Assembly (NCBI GenBank): GCA_022708465.1
Contig: JAKIYQ010000002.1
Span: forward strand, 160-64,159
Length of the DNA stretch: 64,000 nt
Direction: 5' to 3'
DNA from: Bacteroidota bacterium
Lineage (GTDB): Bacteria > Bacteroidota > Bacteroidia > Bacteroidales > Paludibacteraceae
Position numbers and translations under genes: made by a program. Under the pieces are notes generated by a model, which saw only the letters and a list, made by a program, of their open reading frames with translations, was not told the DNA's origin and did no database searches. Every line of letters starts with the position of its first letter. The stretch's first letter is position 1. Below are positions 9,604 through 18,825 of the stretch, one piece after another.

Positions 9604-9662
9604 TAGGATATACATTAAGGAACACAAATTTTTGCATCAGTATTTATATTAATAACCAATAA

Positions 9663-10031
9663 TCACCAAACAGGACTCATAAATGCATCTTTAATATGGT
9701 CTATACTATATCCTCCATACTCGCCGGGTATTAAAGCCATAATATCAAAACGGACGTCTTTTTTGATGCCGTATTGGTGAATATAACCCTGCGCTGCATT
9801 TACAATATGACGAATTTTGGCATGAGTAACAGCATCTTGAGGTAATATAAATCTGGTACTACTCCGTGTTTTAACCTCTATTATTATAAGAAATTCATTA
9901 GTCTCAGCGATGATGTCCAGCTCAAGATGTCCGCATCGCCAATTAGTGTGTCTAATAGTGTATCCGTTTGATTGTAAATAATTTACAGCAGCGTTTTCTC
10001 CGTCCTTGCCGAGTTTATTATGTTCAGCCAT
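9663..10031 (-). CDS. YraN-family (UPF0102) endonuclease-like protein
   Basis: 122 aa with GEDAAVNYL...ELDIIA...IIIEVK PD-(D/E)xK-like pattern typical of YraN. Confidence 0.8.
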   Translation of the reverse strand: MAEHNKLGKDGENAAVNYLQSNGYTIRHTNWRCGHLELDIIAETNEFLIIIEVKTRSSTRFILPQDAVTHAKIRHIVNAAQGYIHQYGIKKDVRFDIMALIPGEYGGYSIDHIKDAFMSPVW

Positions 10032-10193
10032 GATGTAAATAAGAATTAAGTAGTTAAAAACGCCCCAAAATTACATATAAATTTCTATTTAAACAGTACT
10101 CTCGCTTGGAAATGCTTACTGATGAGAGTTTTGTTAATCAATTGATATGCAAATATTAATCGATTTGAATTTCTGTAATCGCAAAAAACTATG

Positions 10194-10201
10194 TACTTTT
10201 G
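10194..10201 (+). promoter_or_regulatory. -7 promoter box TACTTTTG
   Basis: Matches TAnnTTTG, 29 nt upstream of ATG 10230. Confidence 0.5.
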
Positions 10202-10229
10202 TAGTTCAAATTAAGTGTTCGTGTCTATA

Positions 10230-10439
10230 ATGCAGTCCAATAAAAATAAAATACAAAAGATTAGGAAGATGAAACGCAGTCATCGCATAAGTTTTATGCT
10301 GAATGATAAAGAGGTGGATGCATTAGAAAGGTATATCAAAAAGTACAAAATAAAATGTAAATCGAAGTTTGTGCGCGAAGCTTTGATGATAACTGTAATA
10401 AGAAAATTAGAAGAAGATTCTCCAACACTATTCGATTGA
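10230..10439 (+). CDS. small ribbon-helix-helix-like protein (hypothetical)
   Basis: About 69 aa. HRISFMLND (beta strand) followed by two predicted helices (KEVDALERYIKKY, SKFVREALMITVIRKLEE). Its stop TGA overlaps the tadA ATG (TGATG). The GTG start at 10215 is rejected because it sits too close to the promoter box. Confidence 0.45.
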   Translation: MQSNKNKIQKIRKMKRSHRISFMLNDKEVDALERYIKKYKIKCKSKFVREALMITVIRKLEEDSPTLFD

Positions 10440-10876
10440 TGATGTACGACGATAATTATTTCATGAAATTAGCTTTGATTGAGGCTAAGACCGCTTTTGA
10501 AGCCGGAGAAGTTCCTATTGGAGCTGTTGTTGTGCAGCAGAATAGAGTGATAGGCAGAGGGCATAATTTAACGGAGACCTTGGAGGATGCAACAGCTCAT
10601 GCAGAAATGCAGGCCTTAACAGCTGCATCAGGAACACTTGGTGCTAAATATCTGATTGATTGTACAATATATGTCACGGTTGAGCCTTGTGTGATGTGTG
10701 CGGGTGCTATGTCGTGGACAAAAATTTCGAGATTGGTATATGGAGCATCCGAACCCAAGTTCGGTTATACACAGAAAGCCCCTACAGCCCTACATCCTAA
10801 AACAGAAGTTTTGGCCGGGCTTATGGCTGATGAATGTTCTGAATTAATGAAACGTTTTTTTAAAGATAAAAGATAA
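10439..10876 (+). CDS. tadA: tRNA adenosine(34) deaminase
   Basis: HAEMQAL and PCVMCAGA zinc-binding deaminase motifs; about 145 aa. Confidence 0.9.
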   Translation: MMYDDNYFMKLALIEAKTAFEAGEVPIGAVVVQQNRVIGRGHNLTETLEDATAHAEMQALTAASGTLGAKYLIDCTIYVTVEPCVMCAGAMSWTKISRLVYGASEPKFGYTQKAPTALHPKTEVLAGLMADECSELMKRFFKDKR

Positions 10877-10877
10877 G

Positions 10878-12167
10878 ATGAATTTTGTAGAAGAAATTAA
10901 ATGGAGAGGTATGTTGCATAGCATCATGCCGGGTACTGAAGAACAATTACAAAAAGAAATGACAACTGCATATTTGGGGATAGACCCAACTGCGGATTCA
11001 TTACATATAGGCCATTTATGTGGTGTGATGATGTTGCGCCACTTTCAGCATTGCGGACATAAACCATTGGCTTTGATTGGCGGAGCAACGGGAATGATAG
11101 GCGATCCATCCGGCAAAAGTGCTGAACGTAACTTGCTTGATGAGGCAACACTTCGTCGTAATGAAGAAGCTATAAAAAAGCAATTATCTCATTTTCTTGA
11201 TTTTACCGGAGAAGCTCCAAATAAGGCTGAAATGGTAAATAATTATGATTGGATGAAGGGTTTTTCTTTCCTTGATTTTGCTCGTGAAATAGGAAAGCAC
11301 ATCACGGTTAATTATATGATGGCAAAGGAATCTGTACAAAAGCGTCTTAATGGTGAAGCAAGTGATGGTTTGTCATTTACGGAATTTACATATCAGTTAT
11401 TACAAGGATACGATTTTATGCATTTGTACGAAACCAAGAATTGTAAATTACAACTTGGAGGTTCGGATCAATGGGGCAACATTACTACCGGTACGGAACT
11501 TATTCGTAGAAAATTGGGAGGTAGTGCATTTGCTTTAACATGTCCGCTTATAACTAAGGCTGATGGCGGTAAGTTTGGTAAAACAGAAAGTGGTAATGTG
11601 TGGTTGGACAGACGTTACACATCTCCATATAAGTTTTATCAGTTTTGGTTAAATGTTAGTGATGATGATGCGGAAAAATATATTAAGATATTTACATCAT
11701 TGACACGTGAGGAGATAGAATCGTTAGTTGAAGAACATAAGACAGCTCCGCATTTGCGCATCTTGCAAAAACGTTTAGCTCAAGAAGTAACTATCATGGT
11801 TCATTCAAAAGGAGATTATGATATGGCTGTTGAGGCATCTTCAATATTGTTTGGAGGAAGTACTTCTGAAACTTTACGTCGTTTGGATGAAGATACTTTA
11901 TTATCTATTTTTGACGGAGTTCCGCGTTTTGATATTACTTTATCTGAAAACTTAGGACTTAAATTTGTTGATATCTTGACTGAAAAAGCATCAGTTTTCG
12001 AATCTAAAGGTGAGATGCGTAAGTTGGTTCAGAATGGTGGTTTCTTTATCAATAAAGAGAAGGTAGCAAATGCTGATATAGTATTTGATGAGACGAATTT
12101 GCTTAATGGTAAATATATTCTATTACAGAAAGGTAAAAAGAATTATTTTTTACTGACAGCAAAATAA
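10878..12167 (+). CDS. tyrS: tyrosine--tRNA ligase
   Basis: HIGH motif (SLHIGHL), KFGKT (KMSKS equivalent) and C-terminal S4-like domain. Confidence 0.95.
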   Translation: MNFVEEIKWRGMLHSIMPGTEEQLQKEMTTAYLGIDPTADSLHIGHLCGVMMLRHFQHCGHKPLALIGGATGMIGDPSGKSAERNLLDEATLRRNEEAIKKQLSHFLDFTGEAPNKAEMVNNYDWMKGFSFLDFAREIGKHITVNYMMAKESVQKRLNGEASDGLSFTEFTYQLLQGYDFMHLYETKNCKLQLGGSDQWGNITTGTELIRRKLGGSAFALTCPLITKADGGKFGKTESGNVWLDRRYTSPYKFYQFWLNVSDDDAEKYIKIFTSLTREEIESLVEEHKTAPHLRILQKRLAQEVTIMVHSKGDYDMAVEASSILFGGSTSETLRRLDEDTLLSIFDGVPRFDITLSENLGLKFVDILTEKASVFESKGEMRKLVQNGGFFINKEKVANADIVFDETNLLNGKYILLQKGKKNYFLLTAK

Positions 12168-12203
12168 AAGATAAGATTTTGCGCAATTTTTAGGAATTTG
12201 TAT

Positions 12204-12211
12204 TATCTTTG
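12204..12211 (+). promoter_or_regulatory. -7 promoter box TATCTTTG (tRNA-Gln)
   Basis: Matches TAnnTTTG, 31 nt upstream of the tRNA 5' end. Confidence 0.5.
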
Positions 12212-12241
12212 CCGCGCAAATGCGATAACCGCAATAGTAAT

Positions 12242-12312
12242 TGTCTCATGGTGTAATGGTAGCACTGCAGTTTTTGGTTCTGCCTGTCGAAGTTCGAATC
12301 TTCGTGAGACAA
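12242..12312 (+). tRNA. tRNA-Gln (anticodon TTG)
   Basis: Hand-folded cloverleaf. Acceptor TGTCTCA/TGAGACA, D arm GTGT-AATGGTA-GCAC, anticodon loop TTTTGGT, T arm CGAAG-TTCGAAT-CTTCG, discriminator A. There is a U31-U39 mismatch. Confidence 0.88.
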
Positions 12313-12317
12313 CAACA

Positions 12318-12347
12318 AACCTGATCATTTTATGGTCAGGTTTTTTT
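12318..12347 (+). terminator. intrinsic terminator after tRNA-Gln
   Basis: Stem ACCTGATCA/TGGTCAGGT followed by T7. Confidence 0.7.
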
Positions 12348-12372
12348 GTGGAAAAATTTGATTTTGTGAAAT

Positions 12373-12402
12373 AAAAAAAGCGGCTGATGTAAATCAACCG
12401 CT
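12373..12402 (-). terminator. intrinsic terminator after tRNA(CAT)
   Basis: Minus strand reads AGCGGTTGAT-TTAC-ATCAGCCGCT followed by T7. Confidence 0.65.
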
Positions 12403-12409
12403 TTGCAGG

Positions 12410-12483
12410 TGGGCCCACTTGGACTTGAACCAAGGACCTGCGGGTTATGAGTCCGATGCTCTAACCAACTGAGCTATAGGCCC
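12410..12483 (-). tRNA. tRNA with CAT anticodon (elongator Met, or Ile2 if lysidinylated)
   Basis: Reverse complement is GGGCCTATAGCTCAGTTGGTTAGAGCATCGGACTCATAACCCGCAGGTCCTTGGTTCAAGTCCAAGTGGGCCCA. The G1-C72 pair argues for an elongator. Anticodon loop is CTCATAA. The anticodon stem has only 3 Watson-Crick pairs. Confidence 0.85.
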
Positions 12484-12503
12484 TGACTTGAGATATTTTT
12501 ACG

Positions 12504-12511
12504 TATCTTTG
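12504..12511 (+). promoter_or_regulatory. -7 promoter box TATCTTTG (HAD hydrolase gene)
   Basis: Matches TAnnTTTG, 48 nt upstream of ATG 12559. Confidence 0.45.
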
Positions 12512-12522
12512 CAAATCGGAGG

Positions 12523-12530
12523 CAAAGGTA
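12523..12530 (-). promoter_or_regulatory. -7 promoter box TACCTTTG (tRNA-CAT)
   Basis: Minus-strand match to TAnnTTTG, 40 nt upstream of the tRNA 5' end; divergent from the box at 12504. Confidence 0.45.
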
Positions 12531-12558
12531 ATTTTTTTTTTATTAAGTTACAAAGAAA

Positions 12559-13152
12559 ATGATAAAAAATATTGTGTTTGACATGGGTGGTGTGCTGATT
12601 GATTTGGATATGCAGGCGTGCGTAAAATCGTTTAAAGATTTAGGTTTTGAGAATGTTGAGGAGTATATTAGTCCATACACTCAGTCTGGTTTTATGTTGG
12701 ATTTTGAGAGAGGGTTGATGTCTAATGCGGATTTCTGTAATGATGTAAGAAAACTATCCGGAAAGAATGTTTCTGACAAACAAATAGAAAACGCTTGGTT
12801 TCAGTTTTTATTGGATATTCCTGTCGAGAAGCTGAAACTTATAAAGAATTTGCGCGAGAAGTATATGATATACCTTCTTAGCAATACAAATTGGATACAC
12901 TTTCCAGTTATGTTAGAACGTTATAATCTTGATAAATATTTTGATAAGTTTTATTTGTCTTGTGAAGTGCATTATACAAAACCGGATCCTCGGATATTTG
13001 AGTATATGATAAACGATGCCGGAATAAAAGCAGAAGAGACCTTGTTTATTGATGACGGACCTGCAAATATTAAGACGGCAGAATCTCTCGGATTTCAAAC
13101 TCATTTGGCTAAGGCAAATGAGAGTCTGGAGTTTTTGAACGCCATAATTTAA
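12559..13152 (+). CDS. HAD-family hydrolase (subfamily IA)
   Basis: FDMGGVLI motif I (DxG variant), LLSNT motif II and FIDDGPANI motif IV-like. Confidence 0.8.
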   Translation: MIKNIVFDMGGVLIDLDMQACVKSFKDLGFENVEEYISPYTQSGFMLDFERGLMSNADFCNDVRKLSGKNVSDKQIENAWFQFLLDIPVEKLKLIKNLREKYMIYLLSNTNWIHFPVMLERYNLDKYFDKFYLSCEVHYTKPDPRIFEYMINDAGIKAEETLFIDDGPANIKTAESLGFQTHLAKANESLEFLNAII

Positions 13153-13235
13153 GGCTTGTGTTAAATTATAGCTAGCAGATATTTAGATACATATTATTTT
13201 TTTTGCTTAAAAGTTGTTTTTCGCTAGTCTTACAC

Positions 13236-13243
13236 TATCTTTG
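13236..13243 (+). promoter_or_regulatory. -7 promoter box TATCTTTG (ribF)
   Basis: Matches TAnnTTTG only 8 nt upstream of the ribF ATG, which implies a leaderless or near-leaderless mRNA. Confidence 0.5.
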
Positions 13244-13251
13244 CCTCCATT

Positions 13252-14193
13252 ATGAAAATAATTGATAACATAGCTAATTTTGATTGTAGCGCATCAGCCG
13301 TTACTATCGGTTTTTTTGATGGTGTACACAGAGGCCATGTGGCACTATTGCACAAATTAACCAAAGAAGCACACAAACGTTCACTGGCTTCGGTTGTAGT
13401 AACATTTGCTATCCATCCGCGCGAGGGTTTGCATGCCAATTACGTTCCTAAATTGTTAACTACACATGCAGAACGTATGCAATTACTTGAACAGCAAGGT
13501 GTTGATATTTGCGTTTTGTTGAAGATTGATCATAAAATGTTTGAGATGTCGTCTGGTTCATTTATGCATCACGTGTTATTTGAAAAACTTAATACCAAGT
13601 ATTTACTTGTAGGTCATGATCATCATTTTGGTTGCGATCGTGAAAATGGCTATGTTCATTACAAAGAATGTGGAGATAAATATGGTATAGAAGTAGAACA
13701 AGCAAATCCATTCCCCGGAAATGGATTAAATATAAGTTCTTCGTTAATTCGTAAAGCCCTTGAAGAAGGAAATATAAATCAAGCATCAGAATGGCTGGGA
13801 TATCGATTTTATATTGAAGGCACTATTGTACAAGGTCATAAGATAGGTCGTTCAATAGGATTCCCAACAGCAAATATTGCTATTAATGATGTGCGCAAAT
13901 TAATACCTCATGAAGGAGTTTATGCAGTAGATGTGGAATTGGAAGGAGAAAAAGAAATATTGCACGGCATGCTTAATATTGGAATTAGACCTACCTTTGT
14001 TACAGTTACAGTAGCTAAGAGCATTGAAGTGAATATTTTTGATTTTAACCAAGATATATATCATAAAAAAATAAAAGTATTTTTTCTTGATTATTTGCGT
14101 CCAGAGATTAAGTTCGATTCGCCTGAAAAATTGACAGCACAACTTAATGATGATAGAGAAGCTGTTTTGAAGTGGTTTGAACAAAAACTATAA
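13252..14193 (+). CDS. ribF: bifunctional riboflavin kinase / FAD synthetase
   Basis: GFFDGVHRGH nucleotidyltransferase motif; C-terminal GRSIGFPTANI and riboflavin kinase domain. Confidence 0.93.
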   Translation: MKIIDNIANFDCSASAVTIGFFDGVHRGHVALLHKLTKEAHKRSLASVVVTFAIHPREGLHANYVPKLLTTHAERMQLLEQQGVDICVLLKIDHKMFEMSSGSFMHHVLFEKLNTKYLLVGHDHHFGCDRENGYVHYKECGDKYGIEVEQANPFPGNGLNISSSLIRKALEEGNINQASEWLGYRFYIEGTIVQGHKIGRSIGFPTANIAINDVRKLIPHEGVYAVDVELEGEKEILHGMLNIGIRPTFVTVTVAKSIEVNIFDFNQDIYHKKIKVFFLDYLRPEIKFDSPEKLTAQLNDDREAVLKWFEQKL

Positions 14194-14214
14194 TATATTT
14201 TGTAATTATATTAT

Positions 14215-14254
14215 AAGCCCCGAAAGTTTGATTAAAGCTTTCGGGGCTTGTTTT
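14215..14254 (+). terminator. intrinsic terminator between convergent ribF and carB
   Basis: AAGCCCCGAAAG / CTTTCGGGGCTT 12-bp stem followed by GTTTT. The T tract overlaps the carB stop codon. Confidence 0.75.
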
Positions 14255-17200
14255 ATTTATACTCAGACCAACTCTTTATTTCAATATTATTGATGTTGAT
14301 ATTGCAAAATGCGTTTATAAATGCAGATGCAAGACGTGGATTTGTGAGTAGAGGAATATTAAAGTCTATTGCAGCTCGCCGGATTTTGTATCCGTTGTCG
14401 AGTTCGTCTGCACTTAGATTCTTTGGAATATTCACAACCAAATCAATCTTCTTTTCGCGTATTAAGTCAAGCGCTTGAGGCTGCTTATCAGTTTCGTTAG
14501 GCCAATAAATACGTTCAGACTTAATTCCATTATCTTGTAAGAACTTCTGAGTCCCTCCTGTGGCGTATAAATGATATGATTTTTCTTGCAAAAGGCGTGC
14601 AGCATCTAACATATCTACTTTTTGTTTTGCACTTCCTGTTGATAGCATAATATTCTTCTCAGGAATTTTGTATCCTACTGACAGCATTGATTTTAAAATA
14701 GCTTCATTAGTGTCATCTCCTAGGCATCCGACTTCGCCTGTAGATGCCATATCAACTCCTAATACCGGGTCTGCCTTTTGCAATCTGGAAAACGAAAATT
14801 GTGAGGCCTTTATTCCTACATAGTCTAGGTTAAATGCGTTTTTATTTGGCTTTTCTACAGGGATACCAAGCATTATTTTTGTAGCAAGTTCAATGAAATT
14901 TATTTTCAGAACTTTAGATACAAAAGGGAATGATCGTGATGCGCGTAGATTACATTCAATAACTTTTATCTCATTGTTGCGAGCCAAAAATTGTATGTTG
15001 AAAGGACCCGAAATGTCTAGCTCTTTTGCAATTTGTTTTGATATTCTCTTTATACGACGCATCGTTTCAAGATACAATTTTTGTGGGGGGAATTGTATAG
15101 TCGCGTCACCGGAATGAACACCTGCAAACTCTACGTGTTCTGAAATAGCGTATGTGATAATTTCACCATGGTCGGCAACTGCATCCATCTCTATTTCCTT
15201 TGCTCGTTCAATAAAAGAACTTACTACTACAGGATGTTTTTTTGAAACATTTGCCGCTAATTGTAAGAACTCAATCAATTCGCTTTCGTTTGAACATACA
15301 TTCATGGCAGCTCCTGATAGCACATAGCTGGGACGAACTAAAACAGGAAAACCTACTTCATTAACAAACTTATTAATATCATCCAAACTTACTAATTCTT
15401 TCCACCTTGGCTGATCAACGCCAATTCTATCGAGCATCGCAGAGAATTTGTGTCTATCTTCTGCATTGTCAATGTTTTTTGCAGATGTACCTAGTATTGG
15501 TACATTCATACAATCTAATCTCATCGCTAGATTATTAGGAATCTGGCCACCTGTTGAAACAATAACACCATGAGGATTTTCTAAATCCAAGATATCTAAA
15601 ACTCTTTCAAAGGATAATTCGTCAAAATATAATCTATCGCAGCTATCGTAATCGGTCGAAACGGTTTCAGGATTATAATTAATCATAACCGAACGCCAAC
15701 CTTCTTTTCTTATTGTATTTAGAGCATTTACGCCGCACCAGTCAAATTCAACCGAACTACCGATGCGATATGCGCCTGAACCGAGAACAACTACAGACTT
15801 TTTGTCGCCTAGGTATTTAACATCATTGGTGCAGCCGTTATAGGTCAGGTATAAATAGTTTGTTTGGGCCGGATGTTCAGCAGCAAGCGTATCTATCTGT
15901 TTTACAACAGGTACAATACTCATTGATTTTCTAATCTTTCTTATTTCGAGAAGAGCATGCTCTAAGTCTGTTTCATTATTACCGGCTAAACGCGCGATCT
16001 GAAAATCAGAAAAACCCTGTTGTTTAGCTGTTTTCATCATTTCAGGAGTAATCTTATGAAAACTATGCAAACATTCCAATTCGTTGGCTGTTTGTACAAT
16101 ATTATTCAGTTTGCACAAAAACCATTTGTCAATCATGGTTAGACGGTGTATTTCATTAACCGTATAGCCTTTACGTAAAGCCTTGGAAATTACAAAAATA
16201 CGATTGTCTGTAGGTTCGTGTAAGGCTTTGTCTATATCAGAAATAACCAATTCTTTATTAGCAACAAAACCATGCATTCCTTGACCTATCATTCGCAAAC
16301 CTTTTTGAATAACTTCCTCAAAGCTACGTCCTATTGCCATTATTTCGCCTACAGATTTCATGCTTGATCCAAGTTCACGGCTAACTCCGTGGAACTTACC
16401 TAAATCCCAACGAGGAATTTTACATACCACATAATCAAGTGCAGGTTCAAAAAATGCAGTAGTATCTTTTGTAACTGAATTTTTTAAATCAAATAAGCTA
16501 TAGCCTAAACCTAATTTTGCAGCAACAAATGCTAATGGGTATCCGGTTGCTTTTGATGCCAAAGCAGAAGACCTACTTAGACGAGCATTAACTTCGATAA
16601 CACGATAATCTTCCGATTCAGGGTCAAGCGCATACTGTACATTACATTCTCCGACAATACCAATGTGTCTGATTATTTTAATTGCAAGTGCGCGAAGTTT
16701 ATGATATTCACTATTGCTTAAAGTTTGAGAAGGAGCTATAACTATGCTTTCACCGGTGTGTATACCTAAAGGGTCGAAATTTTCCATATTGCAAACTGTC
16801 ACACAATTGTCGAATCTATCTCTTACTACTTCATATTCAACTTCTTTCCAACCTTTAAGAGATTTTTCTACCAAAACTTGTGGTGAAAATGATAGCGCTT
16901 TTTCTACCATTACATCTAATTCCGATTCGTTATTGCAAAATCCGCTTCCAAGTCCACCCAGTGCATAAGCAGCTCTTATAATAACAGGGTATCCTATTCT
17001 TTCTGCAGCCTTACGTGCATCCTCAGCATTTTCGACCGCCTCACTATTTATCGTTTTAACATTAATCTCATTTAACTTCTTAACAAACAATTCTCTATCT
17101 TCCGTATTAATAATTGCTTGTACGGGAGTCCCTAATACCTGAATGCCATACTTTTCTAAAATACCGGCTTTGTAAAGTTCAACTCCACAGTTTAGAGCCG

Positions 17201-17483
17201 TCTGTCCACCAAAGGCAAGTAATATTCCTTCCGGTTTTTCTTTTTGAATAATTTTTTCGACAAAGAATGGTGTAACCGGTAAAAAGTATATTTGGTCTGC
17301 AATATCTGCAGATGTTTGAACAGTTGCAATATTTGGGTTTATAAGTACAGTAAAGATACCTTCTTCTTTCAATGCCTTAAGAGCCTGTGAACCTGAGTAA
17401 TCAAACTCTCCTGCCTCACCTATCTTTAGTGCACCGGAGCCTAATACTAATACTTTTTTTATGTTTGAGATCATGTTTGACAT
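14253..17483 (-). CDS. carB: carbamoyl-phosphate synthase large subunit
   Basis: 1076 aa with duplicated ATP-grasp halves and a C-terminal MGS-like domain. The sequence is collinear with CarB throughout. Confidence 0.97.
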   Translation of the reverse strand: MSNMISNIKKVLVLGSGALKIGEAGEFDYSGSQALKALKEEGIFTVLINPNIATVQTSADIADQIYFLPVTPFFVEKIIQKEKPEGILLAFGGQTALNCGVELYKAGILEKYGIQVLGTPVQAIINTEDRELFVKKLNEINVKTINSEAVENAEDARKAAERIGYPVIIRAAYALGGLGSGFCNNESELDVMVEKALSFSPQVLVEKSLKGWKEVEYEVVRDRFDNCVTVCNMENFDPLGIHTGESIVIAPSQTLSNSEYHKLRALAIKIIRHIGIVGECNVQYALDPESEDYRVIEVNARLSRSSALASKATGYPLAFVAAKLGLGYSLFDLKNSVTKDTTAFFEPALDYVVCKIPRWDLGKFHGVSRELGSSMKSVGEIMAIGRSFEEVIQKGLRMIGQGMHGFVANKELVISDIDKALHEPTDNRIFVISKALRKGYTVNEIHRLTMIDKWFLCKLNNIVQTANELECLHSFHKITPEMMKTAKQQGFSDFQIARLAGNNETDLEHALLEIRKIRKSMSIVPVVKQIDTLAAEHPAQTNYLYLTYNGCTNDVKYLGDKKSVVVLGSGAYRIGSSVEFDWCGVNALNTIRKEGWRSVMINYNPETVSTDYDSCDRLYFDELSFERVLDILDLENPHGVIVSTGGQIPNNLAMRLDCMNVPILGTSAKNIDNAEDRHKFSAMLDRIGVDQPRWKELVSLDDINKFVNEVGFPVLVRPSYVLSGAAMNVCSNESELIEFLQLAANVSKKHPVVVSSFIERAKEIEMDAVADHGEIITYAISEHVEFAGVHSGDATIQFPPQKLYLETMRRIKRISKQIAKELDISGPFNIQFLARNNEIKVIECNLRASRSFPFVSKVLKINFIELATKIMLGIPVEKPNKNAFNLDYVGIKASQFSFSRLQKADPVLGVDMASTGEVGCLGDDTNEAILKSMLSVGYKIPEKNIMLSTGSAKQKVDMLDAARLLQEKSYHLYATGGTQKFLQDNGIKSERIYWPNETDKQPQALDLIREKKIDLVVNIPKNLSADELDNGYKIRRAAIDFNIPLLTNPRLASAFINAFCNININNIEIKSWSEYK

Positions 17484-17487
17484 GGCT

Positions 17488-18561
17488 TTACTTTATCATT
17501 TGTAGAAAATCATCGAATAAAAACTCAGTATCTGTAGGACCACTTGCTGCTTCGGGATGGAATTGAGCCGAAAACCAGGGCATCGTCTTATGTCTTATTC
17601 CTTCATTTGTATGATCGTTCAAATTCTCAAACAGAACTTCCCAATCTTTACTTAGAGTATTATTATCGACAGCGTATCCGTGATTTTGTGAACTTATAAA
17701 ACAACGATTAGTTCCAACTTCTCTAACCGGTTGGTTATGACTTCTATGTCCGTATTTTAATTTGTAAGTTTCGGATCCTCCTGCTTTACACAATAATTGA
17801 TTTCCCATACAAATTCCAAAAATCGGTTTACCGCTTTGCATAGTCTTTTGAATGTTTGCAATTGTCTTGCCACATGTATTTGGATCGCCGGGTCCATTTG
17901 AAATAAATAGTCCATCAAATTGCATCGAATTGTAGTCGTAATCCCAAGGTACTCGGATTAGTCTAACCCCACGTTTTAATAAACATCGTATAATATTATG
18001 TTTAACTCCGCAATCTATCATCACAATTGTCTTTCCTGAATTGTTGTATTCAATAACTTCTTTGCACGATACCTTTGCAACCTGATTTTCTATATTGGGA
18101 TCAATAAAATCGATATCCTTATAATCATCAATGATGATTTTGCCTTTCATAGATCCTTCGTTACGTAATATTTTGGTTAACTCGCGAGTATCTATGCCGT
18201 AAATGCCGGGAATTTTATTAGACTCAAGCCAATCGTGTAAACTTTGTTTTGCATTCCAATGTGAATATTCAAATGAATAATCGGACACAACAATTCCCGA
18301 AGTATGTATCTTTTCTGATTCAAGAAAATCTGAAATGCCATTCGAAATATTTGTGGAAGGAACTCCATAATTTCCAATAAGAGGAAATGTAAAAGTTAAG
18401 ATTTGACCTGAGTATGATGGGTCAGTAAGACTTTCAGGATACCCTGACATTGCAGTGTTGAAAACAACCTCACCGGCGGTTGATTTTTTGTACCCGAATG
18501 AATATCCGCGGAATACAGAACCATTGTCCAATATTAGTGATGCAGGTAGAGAAAGTCGCAT
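17488..18561 (-). CDS. carA: carbamoyl-phosphate synthase small (glutaminase) subunit
   Basis: 357 aa with GICMGNQLL catalytic Cys box and HP(E) of a triad amidotransferase. Confidence 0.95.
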   Translation of the reverse strand: MRLSLPASLILDNGSVFRGYSFGYKKSTAGEVVFNTAMSGYPESLTDPSYSGQILTFTFPLIGNYGVPSTNISNGISDFLESEKIHTSGIVVSDYSFEYSHWNAKQSLHDWLESNKIPGIYGIDTRELTKILRNEGSMKGKIIIDDYKDIDFIDPNIENQVAKVSCKEVIEYNNSGKTIVMIDCGVKHNIIRCLLKRGVRLIRVPWDYDYNSMQFDGLFISNGPGDPNTCGKTIANIQKTMQSGKPIFGICMGNQLLCKAGGSETYKLKYGHRSHNQPVREVGTNRCFISSQNHGYAVDNNTLSKDWEVLFENLNDHTNEGIRHKTMPWFSAQFHPEAASGPTDTEFLFDDFLQMIK

Positions 18562-18583
18562 AGTAATCGTTATTAATACATTG

Positions 18584-18591
18584 CAAAGTTA
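18584..18591 (-). promoter_or_regulatory. -7 promoter box TAACTTTG (carAB)
   Basis: Minus-strand match, 23 nt upstream of the carA ATG. Confidence 0.5.
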
Positions 18592-18789
18592 GTTGTTTTT
18601 CAAAACGCATAATCAAAAAAGCTGTTTGTGTTATATTTTTATAATACAGTTTGATAATTTGTTATAAATTAAGTTGTTTTTGGTTACGGAATTACTTTTT
18701 TAGTGTCGTTTTATTGATAATTTGAAATTTTGCATAAAAATACAAATCCTTTTAATGTAGTAGTCATTAAATTATGGCTATTAGTATGG

Positions 18790-18797
18790 TACTTTTG
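18790..18797 (+). promoter_or_regulatory. -7 promoter box TACTTTTG (glmS-purF)
   Basis: Matches TAnnTTTG, 29 nt upstream of ATG 18826. Confidence 0.5.
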
Positions 18798-18825
18798 TAA
18801 AGAATTATTATATAAAAAAACAATT

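Noticed and set aside
12203-12433. 76-aa minus-strand ORF from the ORF track
   Set aside because: It lies entirely across the two tRNA genes and their terminators. It is a translation artefact of structured RNA genes.
18730-18825. N-terminal extension of glmS in the ORF track. Similar over-extended starts occur at 410, 816, 22603..24375, 26358, 29474, 37699, 39237, 44266, 53676, 56904, 59876 and 63392.
   Set aside because: The GlmS Ntn-Cys must directly follow the initiator Met. The other extensions begin at TTG/GTG or overlap upstream genes or promoter boxes, whereas an internal ATG reproduces the conserved N-terminus or signal peptide.
18562-18825. Possible glmS ribozyme upstream of glmS
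   Set aside because: I could not find the conserved ribozyme core. The predicted 5' UTR after the -7 box is only about 20 nt, and the ribozyme is known mainly from Firmicutes. A covariance-model scan (RF00234) would settle it.
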